Below, piece after piece: positions 45,733 to 55,428 of a stretch of DNA of 55,428 bases. Position 1 is the first letter of the stretch. The number at the start of each line of letters is the position of its first letter. The translations under genes and the position numbers were made by a program. Source of the stretch: Eubacteriales bacterium (GTDB lineage: Bacteria; Bacillota; Clostridia; Oscillospirales; CAG-272); contig JAZSOQ010000007.1 in assembly GCA_045537015.1 (NCBI GenBank), positions 1 to 55,428 on the forward strand. The letters run 5' to 3'. The notes under the pieces are model-generated. The model did no database searches. It worked only from the letters and a program-made list of their open reading frames with translations, and was not told the DNA's origin.

Positions 45733-47970
45733 TCAGATATCGAGTTTCAGCTGCATCTTATCGATGTCCTTTTCGACAAGAAGAACGGGCGTTGCGGGGA
45801 TCTTTGTCTTTTTGTAACCCTTTGTGGATTCAAATTTATCCCCGAAATCCTTGAGCACCGTGGCAACGGTCGCGCCCTTCTTAAGAAGCAGAAGCTGCGA
45901 TCCCGCTGCGGTTCTTGTGGTCTTGAGAGGAATAAGGTTGGTCGAGAGGACAATGGCGCGGTCGGCGGTCGAGATGATAAGAAGCTCAAAGGGAGTCTTG
46001 TATTCCTCGAAGATGCCGACGATGGGCGATGCGGAAGAGTAGGCTCCCGTCATCTTGCGGCGCGTACCTTTGACGGCATAAGCCGAGAGAGGCACCTTGA
46101 CGCCCTTGCCGTTTTCAAAGACGAAGACCATATTGCGCTTGTCGTCCCAATCCTTGTCGAGGCGGATGTATATCGGTTTTTCGTCATCGTCAAATTTTAG
46201 CTTGGCGGGAAGGAATTCACCCATTTCGCTTGCCTTGCAGGGGGCGATATCCGAAGCTTTGAAGCGGTAGAGCTGTGCTTTATTGGTGAAGACGGCGAGC
46301 TCGGTGATGTTTTCACCGTCGAATTCGGCGATCAGGCGGTCGCCCTCCTTGAATCTTTGCTCGTCGTTGCCGCGCAGGGATTTATCCGTGATCTTCTTGA
46401 AGTAGCCGTCCGCGGTGAGGAAGAAGTGCGCGGGGTAGTTCTCCACGTGCTCCTCGGGGCGGTAGATCTCGATGTTCTCGGCACTTGTGATGGTCGAGCG
46501 GCGGGGCTGAGCGTACTTTTTCTTGATCTCGCCGAGCTGTTTTGCGATGAGGCGCTTCAGCTTGATCTCATCGGCAAGAGTAGCCTCGAGCTCTTCGATC
46601 TCCTTGCGGAGAGAATCGATCTCGTTTATACGGTTGATGAGGTATTCGCGGTTGAGGTAGCGGAGCTTTATTTCGGCGATGAATTCCGCCTGGCGCTCGT
46701 CGATAGAGAAGCCGGTGCAGAGGTTCTTGATGACCTCGCTTTCCTTCTGCGTGTTGCGGATGATCTTGATCGCCTTGTCGATGTCAAGAAGGATCTTTCC
46801 GAGGCCGAGAAGGAGATGGAGCTTGTCCTTTTTCTTTTCGAGCTCAAATGTCAGCTCGCGCGAAAGGCAGGCTTTTCGGAAGGTGATCCATTCGCGCAGA
46901 AGCGGGAGAACGCCGAGGGTCATGGGCGTCGAATTTATGATTACGTTGAAGTTGCAGGAGAAATTGTCCTCGAGCGCGGTGGTTTTGAAGAGCTTGAGCA
47001 TCAGCGCGTCGGGATCTGCGCCGCGGCGCAGGTCGAGCGTGAGCTTGAAGCCCGAAATGTCGATCTCGTCGCGGAAGTCGGTGACGTCGCGGAGCTGTCC
47101 CGCCTTCATCATATCCGCGATCTTCTTCATAATGATCTCGATCGAGGTCGAGTAGGGGATCTCGAGAATGTCGATGCAGTTGGCTTCCTTGTCGTAGCGG
47201 TATTTCGCGCGGATCTTGACGGGACCTTCGCCGGTCTCGTAGACCTTTCTCATCGTTTCGCGGTCGTAAATGATCTCGCCGCCGCCGGGGAAGTCGGGCG
47301 CAGGCATAATGTCAAGAAGCTCGTCCACCGTCAGCTTTGGCGATCGGAGAAGGGCGATAGTCGCGTCGCAGACCTCCTCAAGGTTGAAGGAACAAATTCT
47401 CGATGCCATACCAACCGCGATACCCATATTGGGTGTGACGAGGATGTTCGGGAAGGTGGTGGGAAGGAGAGCGGGCTCCTTTGTTGTGCTGTCGTAGTTG
47501 TCGATCATATCGACTGCGTTCTTGTCGATTCCGACAAAGAGCTCGGTCGCGAACTTTTCAAGCTTTACTTCGGTGTAACGCGAAGCCGAGGGAGCCATGT
47601 TCGAGCTGTACTGCTTACCGAAAGCACCCTTGGAGTCGATGAAGGGGTGGAGAAGGGCGGCGTTTCCGCGAGTCAGACGGACAAGGGTGTCGTAGATCGC
47701 GGCGTCGCCGTGGGGGTTGAGGCGCATCGTCTGACCGACGACGTTCGCACTCTTGATCCTTCCGCCCGAAAGCAAGCCCATTTTATACATTGTGTAGAGC
47801 AGTTTTCTGTGCGAGGGCTTGAAGCCGTCGATCTCGGGGATCGCGCGCGACACGATAACGCTCATTACGTAGGGCATATAGTTCTTTTCTATTGTTTCTG
47901 TTATAGGCTGATCCGTGGCGGGCGCGGGAGGAAGCACCTCAACCACTTCCGCTTTTTTCTTTCTTGCCAT
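45733..47970 (-). CDS. parC: Type IIA DNA topoisomerase A subunit (GyrA/ParC family, no GyrA-box seen)
   Basis: DGFKPSHR, PHGD, SRYTE active-site Tyr, GIAVGMA, PDFP. Confidence 0.8.
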   Translation of the reverse strand: MARKKKAEVVEVLPPAPATDQPITETIEKNYMPYVMSVIVSRAIPEIDGFKPSHRKLLYTMYKMGLLSGGRIKSANVVGQTMRLNPHGDAAIYDTLVRLTRGNAALLHPFIDSKGAFGKQYSSNMAPSASRYTEVKLEKFATELFVGIDKNAVDMIDNYDSTTKEPALLPTTFPNILVTPNMGIAVGMASRICSFNLEEVCDATIALLRSPKLTVDELLDIMPAPDFPGGGEIIYDRETMRKVYETGEGPVKIRAKYRYDKEANCIDILEIPYSTSIEIIMKKIADMMKAGQLRDVTDFRDEIDISGFKLTLDLRRGADPDALMLKLFKTTALEDNFSCNFNVIINSTPMTLGVLPLLREWITFRKACLSRELTFELEKKKDKLHLLLGLGKILLDIDKAIKIIRNTQKESEVIKNLCTGFSIDERQAEFIAEIKLRYLNREYLINRINEIDSLRKEIEELEATLADEIKLKRLIAKQLGEIKKKYAQPRRSTITSAENIEIYRPEEHVENYPAHFFLTADGYFKKITDKSLRGNDEQRFKEGDRLIAEFDGENITELAVFTNKAQLYRFKASDIAPCKASEMGEFLPAKLKFDDDEKPIYIRLDKDWDDKRNMVFVFENGKGVKVPLSAYAVKGTRRKMTGAYSSASPIVGIFEEYKTPFELLIISTADRAIVLSTNLIPLKTTRTAAGSQLLLLKKGATVATVLKDFGDKFESTKGYKKTKIPATPVLLVEKDIDKMQLKLDI

Positions 47971-48007
47971 TTGTTACCTCAAAAATCTATAATAAGTCTG
48001 ATCATAT

Positions 48008-49051
48008 TCAAAGTTCATCGGGATAAACGACGGTGTGCGCCGCCGCGCGGATAAGGCGGTTGTAGAGCGCAAGACCGAAGCCGTCGGTTGAAGGAAGATT
48101 TGCATAAACACATTTTCCTTCGAGAGAGTTGCATTCGCGCAAAGCGGCGAAGAGGCGGTGACCTTGCTGTTCAAGGTCGTCTTTCTTGCCGATGGTGATG
48201 ACCTGATCTGCAGAGAGATGTTCTGCCTGCTCGTCATAGCAAATGATGACCGCGCCTTCCTTTTGCTTTTCTGCAAAGAAGGCTACACGCGCCGCGTCAC
48301 TTCCGCCGACCAAAGTCAGCGGCTTGTCGGGGGCGTAGTGACGGTATTTTGAACCGGGGCAGATGGGGCGTTCGTTTTCCTTTAATTGATTCATCACGTT
48401 GTCCGAAACCGTAACGTTGGAGCAAACGCAGCAAAGCGCGTCGTAAGTAACCGCGCCGGGGCGCAGGAGGATAAGGGAATCCTCGCCCGTGATCTTGACG
48501 ATGGTGGATTCGACACCGAAAGTGCATTCGCCGCCGTCGATGATGCAATCGACTCTGCCGTCAAGGTCCTCGATAACGTGCTCGGCGCAGGTGGGGGAGG
48601 GCTTGCCCGAAATGTTTGCCGAAGGAGCGGCAACGGGAAGTCCCGTAAGCTCAAGGAGTTTCAGTGCAACGGGATGGGCGGGACAGCGCACAGCGACGCT
48701 GTCAAGTCCGCCCGTGACCGTAGTTGGGATCGTGTCCTTTTTCGGAAGGATAACAGTCAAGGGACCCGGCATAAAATGACGCGCAAGGCGGTACCAAAGC
48801 TTGCTTGTTACCGCATAAGGCTCGACGTCGTCGGGGTCTGAAATATGAATGATGAGAGGGTTATCCGAGGGGCGCCCTTTTGCGGCGTATATCTTTTCCG
48901 CGCTTTCGCTGTGGGTCGCATCTCCGCCGAGACCGTAGACGGTTTCGGTGGGGAAAACGACTGTACCGCCCTTTTTCAGTATTTCCACGGCGGGAATAAG
49001 AGCATCTGTGCTCGGATGTGCTGGGTCAACCTTGATCAGTAATGTCTTCAT
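48008..49051 (-). CDS. tsaC: Threonylcarbamoyl-AMP synthase (Sua5/TsaC2)
   Basis: FPTETVYGL, KGRPSDNPLIIH, APSAN.SG, PG.KYRHYAP. Confidence 0.93.
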   Translation of the reverse strand: MKTLLIKVDPAHPSTDALIPAVEILKKGGTVVFPTETVYGLGGDATHSESAEKIYAAKGRPSDNPLIIHISDPDDVEPYAVTSKLWYRLARHFMPGPLTVILPKKDTIPTTVTGGLDSVAVRCPAHPVALKLLELTGLPVAAPSANISGKPSPTCAEHVIEDLDGRVDCIIDGGECTFGVESTIVKITGEDSLILLRPGAVTYDALCCVCSNVTVSDNVMNQLKENERPICPGSKYRHYAPDKPLTLVGGSDAARVAFFAEKQKEGAVIICYDEQAEHLSADQVITIGKKDDLEQQGHRLFAALRECNSLEGKCVYANLPSTDGFGLALYNRLIRAAAHTVVYPDEL

Positions 49052-49066
49052 AAAATACTTCCGTAA

Positions 49067-50137
49067 TTATTGATTTTCTCCGCGGAGTCTTTCCGCGGTG
49101 TCGGCGGCGATCAGAGCGTCGATCATCTCGCCGATGTTGCCGTTGACGTATGTGTCAAGGCTGTGGAGTGTCAAGCCGATGCGGTGATCGGTGACGCGGT
49201 TCTGGGGGTAGTTGTAGGTTCGTATCTTTTCGCTTCTGTCGCCGCTTCCGACCATCGAGCGGCGCGCGCCCGCAATGGCGTTTTCCTGCTCGGTGCGCTT
49301 GATGTCATAGAGCTTGGCGCGGAGCATAGCGAGAGCTTTGTCCTTGTTCTGGAACTGCGAGCGCTCCTGCTGGCACTCGATGACGATGCCGGTGGGTTTG
49401 TGTGTCAGACGAACAGCGGATTCGGTCTTGTTGATGTGCTGACCGCCCGCGCCGCTTGATTTGCAGGATTCGAAAATGAGGTCTGCGGGGAGGATCTCGA
49501 CTTCAACGGCGTCCGCTTCGGGAAGGACCGCAACGGTTGCCGCAGAGGTGTGGATGCGTCCCTGCGATTCGGTTTCGGGCACGCGCTGAACGCGGTGAAC
49601 GCCCGACTCGAATTTGAAGCGCGAGTATGCGCCGTCACCCTCGATCGAGAAGGTGATCTCCTTGAAGCCGCCGCGGTCGGTCTCGTTGGCGTTTGCAACC
49701 GAGATCTTGAAGCCGCAGGAGTCGCAGTACATTGAGTACATTCTGAAGAGAACAGCAGCAAAGAGAGCGGCCTCGTCGCCTCCCGTGCCCGCGCGGATCT
49801 CAACGATGACGTTCTTGTCGTCATTCGGGTCGCGGGGGAGGAGAAGGATCTTCAGCTTCTGAATAGAATCCTCAATGGTAGCCTTTGCCTCGACGAATTC
49901 CTCTTGCGCGAGCTCGTGGAGCTCGGAGGCGGAACTGTCGTCAAGGATCGCTCTTGCCTCACTCTCCGACTCCACCGCCGCAAGATAGCGGCGGTATTCT
50001 TCGATGATGGGAGTGAGATTTTTATACTCTTTGAGTAATTTTGTATAGGTCTCGATATCCGAGATCACCGCGGGATCCTCGAGGGATGCGGAGATATCGG
50101 AATACTTTTCGTTCAGTTTGGCGAGTCGCTCGAGCAT
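49067..50137 (-). CDS. prfA: Peptide chain release factor 1
   Basis: RVPETE (PxT), GAGGQ, RTYNYPQNRVTDHR. Confidence 0.96.
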   Translation of the reverse strand: MLERLAKLNEKYSDISASLEDPAVISDIETYTKLLKEYKNLTPIIEEYRRYLAAVESESEARAILDDSSASELHELAQEEFVEAKATIEDSIQKLKILLLPRDPNDDKNVIVEIRAGTGGDEAALFAAVLFRMYSMYCDSCGFKISVANANETDRGGFKEITFSIEGDGAYSRFKFESGVHRVQRVPETESQGRIHTSAATVAVLPEADAVEVEILPADLIFESCKSSGAGGQHINKTESAVRLTHKPTGIVIECQQERSQFQNKDKALAMLRAKLYDIKRTEQENAIAGARRSMVGSGDRSEKIRTYNYPQNRVTDHRIGLTLHSLDTYVNGNIGEMIDALIAADTAERLRGENQ

Positions 50138-50140
50138 ATC

Positions 50141-51541
50141 TTAATAGCGGTTGAATGCCGAGAAGCCGCGGTGAGCCTCGTAGAGGTCAACCTTCGAGAT
50201 GACCTCGTAGGGCGCGTGCATAGCGATTACGGGAACGCCAAGGTCAACGACCTCGATGTTGTGCTTGGAGATGAACTTTGCAACGGTTCCGCCGCCGCCG
50301 AAATCGACCTTACCGAGCTCGCCTGCCTGCCATACAACGTCGTCCTTTGCCATCATAGCGCGGAGTCTGCCGATGAATTCAGCAGATGCATCATTCGTTC
50401 CGCCCTTGCCGCGCGAGCCTGTGTACTTGGTAAGAACTACGCCGCAGGAAAGGAGGGAAGAATTGCGCTTCTCGAATGCTTCGCCGAAGTTGGGGTCGAA
50501 AGCTGCGGAAACGTCTGCGGAGAGGCAGATGGATGCCGCGCGAACTGCCGCGGGGGAAGCATTTCCTGCTTCTGCGATAGCGTCGATGAGGTCGAGGATG
50601 AGATCACACTGCATACCCGAGTTGCCGTCGCTTCCGGTCTCTTCCTTGTCGGCGAGGATGCACATCATGGTGTGGGGCGTTCCTGCCTTGAGCGCCTCGA
50701 ACATAGCTGTCATTGCGGGATAAGCGCAAACGCGGTCGTCATGGCCGTAAGCGCAGATCATGGAGCGGTCAAGTCCGACGTCACGTGCGTTTCCTACGGG
50801 AACTGCGGAAAGCTCTGCGGAGAGGAAGTCTTCCTCACAGATGCCGTATTTCTCGTTGAGAATGCGGAGAACGTTGAGCTTGATGCCGTCAGCTTCGTTG
50901 ACAAGAGGACGGCTGCCGACGAGGAGGTTGAGCTTTTCGCCGGGAATAGCCTCGCCGAGAGGCTTGCGGTCGTCGTTGTGACCGAGGTGGGGGAGAAGGT
51001 CGTTGATATAAAGTACGGGATCTGCAGGGTCTTCGCCGATGGATACCCAAACGCTCTCGCCGTCAGCCTTGATGACAACGCCGTGGAGCGCGAGGGGAGT
51101 GGCTACCCACTGGTACTTTCTGATACCGCCGTAGTAGTGTGTCTTGAGGAATGCCATTCCGCTGTCCTCGTAGAGGGGAACCTGCTTGAGGTCGATGCGG
51201 GGGGAGTCGATATGAGCCGCGGAGATGCGGATGCCCTCGGTGAGAGCCTCTTCGCCGACAGAGAAGAGGAAGAGGTTCTTACCGCGGTTGTTGTAATAAT
51301 ACTTACCGCCAACCTTGATCTCGTCGCCGAAGGAGTAGGGAACGAAGCCCTCAGCTTCTGCGAGCTTGATGGAAGCCCATACAGCCTCGCGCTCGGTCTT
51401 GGCGTCGTCAAGGTACTTTGCGTAGCCCTTGGCGTATTCGTAAGCCGCCTCGATGGCAGCCTCGTCGCGGCGCTCGTAAACGCTCTTTTTCTTGTAAAGA
51501 AGCTCGCGTGCGGCTTCTGCGGGAGTTTTGTTTTCGCTCAT
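50141..51541 (-). CDS. M18 family aminopeptidase
   Basis: AHIDSPR, YYGGI.KYQW, GHDDR, DKEE, MHAP. Confidence 0.92.
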   Translation of the reverse strand: MSENKTPAEAARELLYKKKSVYERRDEAAIEAAYEYAKGYAKYLDDAKTEREAVWASIKLAEAEGFVPYSFGDEIKVGGKYYYNNRGKNLFLFSVGEEALTEGIRISAAHIDSPRIDLKQVPLYEDSGMAFLKTHYYGGIRKYQWVATPLALHGVVIKADGESVWVSIGEDPADPVLYINDLLPHLGHNDDRKPLGEAIPGEKLNLLVGSRPLVNEADGIKLNVLRILNEKYGICEEDFLSAELSAVPVGNARDVGLDRSMICAYGHDDRVCAYPAMTAMFEALKAGTPHTMMCILADKEETGSDGNSGMQCDLILDLIDAIAEAGNASPAAVRAASICLSADVSAAFDPNFGEAFEKRNSSLLSCGVVLTKYTGSRGKGGTNDASAEFIGRLRAMMAKDDVVWQAGELGKVDFGGGGTVAKFISKHNIEVVDLGVPVIAMHAPYEVISKVDLYEAHRGFSAFNRY

Positions 51542-51559
51542 GGTGTTTATTTTCCTTTC

Positions 51560-52129
51560 TTAATTTGCAGATTCATATAATTCGCGGTATATCTCTACCG
51601 TTTTTTCAAATTCTTTGACAAATTCTTCGGTATCCTCGTCGGGGATGGTTTCAAGAGTGCCGTCCGCGGCGAGATTTGCCTCGTCGATAAGCCATTCGTC
51701 AACAGTGTCCTCTCCGACATAGATCGCGGCGTAGACGGCGCGCCAGCTTTGGTATTTGGTGAAGAGCTTCGAGAGCTTGTAAGCTCCGATCTCTATGTTC
51801 GTTTTCGGGTCGAAGAGCAGTCCCGAATCTATCCTGCGCCCGAGCTCGGAGGAAAGCAGATCGTATTCCTCGCGTGTGAGCTGCATAAGTCCGATCCGAT
51901 CACCGTCAACGTGCCCCGAGTCATAATCGCTTTGCATTTTTATGGTTCCGTAGATCACCGAAACGGGCACGGAATAGTCGTAATAGCAGGCGATGACTGT
52001 GTCGTTATACTGCCTCGGGTATTCCTTCAGGCGGTACTGGGTGAAGAGGATGTCGTAAAGAAATCCGCAGCCCACCGAAAGGATCAGGATGAGGGTTATC
52101 GCCAGAGTGTTCAAAAATTTTTTGCTCAT
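51560..52129 (-). CDS. Soluble lytic transglycosylase-like protein (degenerate active site)
   Basis: GLMQL, L.DP..NIE.G; downstream of coaE; catalytic ES appears as QS. Confidence 0.75.
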   Translation of the reverse strand: MSKKFLNTLAITLILILSVGCGFLYDILFTQYRLKEYPRQYNDTVIACYYDYSVPVSVIYGTIKMQSDYDSGHVDGDRIGLMQLTREEYDLLSSELGRRIDSGLLFDPKTNIEIGAYKLSKLFTKYQSWRAVYAAIYVGEDTVDEWLIDEANLAADGTLETIPDEDTEEFVKEFEKTVEIYRELYESAN

Positions 52130-52713
52130 TTTGCTTTGCCTAAAATATCATTTGCGGCAGCGCGGAGCTTGTCCGCGTCGCCGTCGTTGATAACGGTATA
52201 GGTTGCTCTCGAAGAATAGAATTCATCCGCGGGAGCGGCATTCATACGAGCGCGGAGTGCCTCTGCCGTGCGATTGTCGCGCAAAGTAAGTCTTGAAAGC
52301 CGAAGCTCGGGCGAGGCGAGAAGCGCGACGGTGAAGTTACACTCCTTCTCAAAATTTGCCTCGAAGAGAAGAGGAGCGTCGATGACGGCGCAAGTTTTGT
52401 CGGTCTGTGCAATAGCTTTGCGTACCTCCGCAAGAACAAATGCGTGGGTGATCTCATTGAGTTTCACGCGAAGTTTGTCCGCACCGGGAGCGAAGACGAT
52501 AGAGCCGAGTACGATGCGGTCAAGACTTCCGTCGGGCTTGATAACAGTTGAGCCAAATTCCGCCTCAAGCGCGCGTGTGCATTCGGAGGGAGAATCGACG
52601 AGATCGTGGTAGATTTTATCGCAGTCGAGATGCAGACAACCGAGCTCTTCAAGATAAGAACAGAAAAGCGATTTCCCCGCCCCGCTGGGACCCGTTACGC
52701 CGATAACAGTCAT
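52126..52713 (-). CDS. coaE: Dephospho-CoA kinase
   Basis: IGVTGPSGAGKS, LDR..LG..VF, IDAPLLFE. Confidence 0.93.
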   Translation of the reverse strand: MTVIGVTGPSGAGKSLFCSYLEELGCLHLDCDKIYHDLVDSPSECTRALEAEFGSTVIKPDGSLDRIVLGSIVFAPGADKLRVKLNEITHAFVLAEVRKAIAQTDKTCAVIDAPLLFEANFEKECNFTVALLASPELRLSRLTLRDNRTAEALRARMNAAPADEFYSSRATYTVINDGDADKLRAAANDILGKAK

Positions 52714-52910
52714 AATTTACCTCTCCTTCCTAAATTAAACAATATTTCTGCATTATATTATTATACATAGTACATTATAGCACATTTGAGAGGAAAATGC
52801 AAGTCTTTTTTGCACCCGCGCGCATACAGTAAATATTTTTGTGTAGAACTGTTGCAAAAATCCAAATTATGTTGTATAATATATCTTGAGAAAGTATGGA
52901 GGTACGTAAA

Positions 52911-53600
52911 ATGTCCTTGAAATATAAATGGCTGCTTTTTGATGCCGACGATACTTTGCTTGATTTCAAGCTCGGTGAAAAGAGGGCGATCACTGCGACT
53001 TTTGAGTCGGTGGGATTGCCGACGGATGACGAGGTCATCGAAACCTATAGCCGCATAAACGACAATCTCTGGAAGATGCTCGAGCGCGGCGAGGTGACTA
53101 AGGATCGCCTAAAAGTTCTCCGTTTCGAGCAATTCTGTGAGCATTACGGCTTTGATCTTGACGGAGCGGCGCTTGCGGATGCTTACGTAGAGAATCTGAA
53201 AAAGCAGACCGTGCTGCTTGACGGCGCAGAGGACGTTTGCCGCGCGCTTTACGGGAAATACAAGATGTATATCATCACAAACGGCATTGAGGCGGTGCAG
53301 ACCGCGCGCTTCGGCGGCTGTGCGATCAAGGATTATTTTGAAAAGTGCTACATTTCGGACGCCATCGGCGTTGCAAAGCCGAAAAAGGGATTTTTTGACG
53401 CTGTCGCGGCGGATATTCCCGATTTTGATCAGTCGCAGGCGCTCATCATCGGCGACTCGCTGACCTCGGATATCAAGGGCGGAGTCGAATACGGAATCGA
53501 CACCTGCTGGCTCAACCCGAATGGCAAGGAAGTCCCCGAGGGAATGAACATCACTTATGTTATCAAGGACATCCGCGACGTTCTTGAAATTTTGGAGTAA
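52911..53600 (+). CDS. YjjG-family HAD pyrimidine nucleotidase
   Basis: FDADDTLLDF, ITNG, KP, IGDSLTSDI.G. Confidence 0.9.
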   Translation: MSLKYKWLLFDADDTLLDFKLGEKRAITATFESVGLPTDDEVIETYSRINDNLWKMLERGEVTKDRLKVLRFEQFCEHYGFDLDGAALADAYVENLKKQTVLLDGAEDVCRALYGKYKMYIITNGIEAVQTARFGGCAIKDYFEKCYISDAIGVAKPKKGFFDAVAADIPDFDQSQALIIGDSLTSDIKGGVEYGIDTCWLNPNGKEVPEGMNITYVIKDIRDVLEILE

Positions 53601-53602
53601 TT

Positions 53603-54532
53603 ATGGACAGAGATCTTGTTTTGTTGTCGCTTATGCGAAAATATGAAATAGAGGGTATAGAATGCCAAAATGCGCTACCTCTTTCCTCAAAATCGAGCTT
53701 CAAGATAGGCGGAAAAGCCGATCTTGCGGTCTTCCCGAAGAATGCCGCGGAGCTTGAATATGTCGTTGCATATCTTAATGATCGCGAGATCCCCTACATA
53801 GTCGTCGGAAACGGCTCGAACATTCTTTTTGAGGACGAAGGATACCGCGGATGCGTTATCTTTACCGAGAAAATGAACGAGGTCACGGTTGACGGAAACC
53901 GTGTTACGGCGGGCGCGGGCGTGTCATTCACCGCGCTTGCGGTAACGGCTAAAAACGCATCGCTGACGGGTCTTGAATTTGCTTACGGCATCCCCGGAAG
54001 CACGGGCGGCGCGGTCGTTATGAATGCGGGTGCTTATGGCGGCGAGGTGTCGCAGGTGCTTGAATCCTGCACTCTTTATGATGCCGAAAAATGCGAGCTC
54101 CGCACCCTACGCAAGGACGAAATGGATCTTTCATACAGACACAGCATTTTTTCGGAAAACAAGAATTATATCTGCATTTCCGCGACCTTTACCCTCAAAG
54201 AGGGTAACAAGGACGATATCGACGCCGTTATGCGCGATCTGATGCAGAGAAGAAAATCCAAACAGCCGCTTGAATACCCCAGCGCGGGAAGCGTTTTCAA
54301 GCGCCCCGCACCCGACCTTTTTGTCGGCAAGATGATCGAAGATTCGGGGCTCAAGGGTTACACCGTCGGCGGCGCACAGGTCTCCGAGAAACACGCGGGA
54401 TTCATCATCAATATCGGCAATGCGACCGCGAGCGACGTTCTCGGTCTTGTTGAGCATATCAAGGGAGTTATCCGCGCAAACTACGGCGTGGAGCTCGAAT
54501 GTGAGATCAGAAGAGTGGGCTGCGGAGAATGA
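53603..54532 (+). CDS. murB: UDP-N-acetylenolpyruvoylglucosamine reductase
   Basis: GNGSNIL, GIPGSTGGAVVMNAGAYG, QPLEYPSAGSVFK, SEKHAGFIIN. Confidence 0.96.
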   Translation: MDRDLVLLSLMRKYEIEGIECQNALPLSSKSSFKIGGKADLAVFPKNAAELEYVVAYLNDREIPYIVVGNGSNILFEDEGYRGCVIFTEKMNEVTVDGNRVTAGAGVSFTALAVTAKNASLTGLEFAYGIPGSTGGAVVMNAGAYGGEVSQVLESCTLYDAEKCELRTLRKDEMDLSYRHSIFSENKNYICISATFTLKEGNKDDIDAVMRDLMQRRKSKQPLEYPSAGSVFKRPAPDLFVGKMIEDSGLKGYTVGGAQVSEKHAGFIINIGNATASDVLGLVEHIKGVIRANYGVELECEIRRVGCGE

Positions 54533-55407
54533 AGAATTTTACCGAACGGGTAAGGGAAGAGATCTCGGGCAATCTGCCGTCGGCGCAGTGTTGCCGCCGC
54601 TCGATGCTCTGCGGTATCCTTATCAACGCCGATTGCTCGCCCGACGGCGGAATTTACGCAAAGCTTTCGGGCAAAATATCAACAGAGCTGATGCTTAAGC
54701 TCCTGCGCGATACATTCGGCAGAGAGGCTGAAGCCGAATATTCAAACAGCTACGGCAGAATTTCCGCGGAGGTGTCGTTTTCCTCGGATAAGCTTGCCGC
54801 GAAACTCCGCGAGATGTCCTCGGGCGGGGAGATCACGCTATTTAAGTGCAAAAATTGCCGCGCGGCGTTCCTTTCGGGCGTTCTGCTTTCCTCGGCGAAT
54901 TTTTCCGATCCCGAGCGCGAATCGCGCCTTGAAATACGTATAAACGACCCCGCCCGTGCCGAATCGGTCCTCGGCTTTTTCGCCGATCTCGGTCACTCGC
55001 CCACGCTTTCGGGCAGGGACGGAATATCGTCGTTGATATTCAAACGCTCCGAGGACGTCGAGGACATACTGACGATCGCGGGAGCGGTATCGTCGGTCAT
55101 GGAGCTGATGCAGGGCAAGCTGATGCGCGAGCTGCGCGGACAGATCAACAGAAATTCAAACTGCGAGATACGAAACATCGGGCGTGTCGCTGTTGCGTCG
55201 CAAGTACAGGTCGACGCCATTGCCGAAATACGCGCAAGCGGAAGATTTGCCGCGCTCCCCGATGAACTCAAGGAAACCGCTACGCTTCGCGAGGATTTCC
55301 CCGAGCTGTCGCTTGCCGATCTTGCGGCAAAACATTCGCCTGCGATAACCAAATCGGGGCTTAATCACAGACTAAAAAAACTTCTTGCGATTGCAGGGAA
55401 AGAGTAA
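54529..55407 (+). CDS. whiA: DNA-binding protein WhiA (divergent)
   Basis: AFLSG....FSDP, NR.SNCE..N, LR..PELSL, TKSGLNHRL. Confidence 0.85.
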   Translation: MKNFTERVREEISGNLPSAQCCRRSMLCGILINADCSPDGGIYAKLSGKISTELMLKLLRDTFGREAEAEYSNSYGRISAEVSFSSDKLAAKLREMSSGGEITLFKCKNCRAAFLSGVLLSSANFSDPERESRLEIRINDPARAESVLGFFADLGHSPTLSGRDGISSLIFKRSEDVEDILTIAGAVSSVMELMQGKLMRELRGQINRNSNCEIRNIGRVAVASQVQVDAIAEIRASGRFAALPDELKETATLREDFPELSLADLAAKHSPAITKSGLNHRLKKLLAIAGKE

Positions 55408-55428
55408 GCACTTGTAAAACTGCGTTTT

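Noticed and set aside
46357-48054. 565-aa plus-strand ORF and similar long antisense ORFs (50171-51580, 36671-38083, 19128-20477, 16838-18130, 1570-2529)
   Set aside because: Antisense shadows of well-supported genes, expected from codon bias; no recognisable motifs

Overview
Chromosomal window from what looks like an uncultured Clostridia/Oscillospiraceae-type Firmicute. This is inferred from strong sigma-A promoters, SpoIID, WhiA, a sortase-type signal and a Gram-positive SOS box. The backbone is housekeeping and carbohydrate genes: ABC transporter plus DUF1854, MFS-GH2 fusion, Trk/Ktr K+ uptake, split type II topoisomerase subunits, cobalamin-riboswitch uptake genes, sulfatase, nnr, ThuA/Gfo-Idh-MocA/TIM-barrel genes, tsaC-prfA-aminopeptidase-coaE and murB-whiA. 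Accessory content includes: (i) a defence islet at the 3' end of tRNA-Ser(GGA), with Mrr and a complete CptIN-like type III toxin-antitoxin locus (promoter, 2.3 x 42-nt repeats, terminator, toxin), separated from the tRNA by two structured ~180-200 bp tRNA-linked repeats; (ii) an IS1595-family element with an 8-bp target duplication and a lipoprotein passenger gene; (iii) three copies of an intergenic hairpin array with fixed GTGA(A/T)AT linkers and compensatory stem changes; (iv) an AlgI/AlgJ-like pair and an SLT protein that appear to lack their catalytic residues; (v) an ECF sigma/anti-sigma pair whose predicted outer domain recurs twice in the neighbouring lipoprotein. All calls come from motif reading by eye; no database searches were run.
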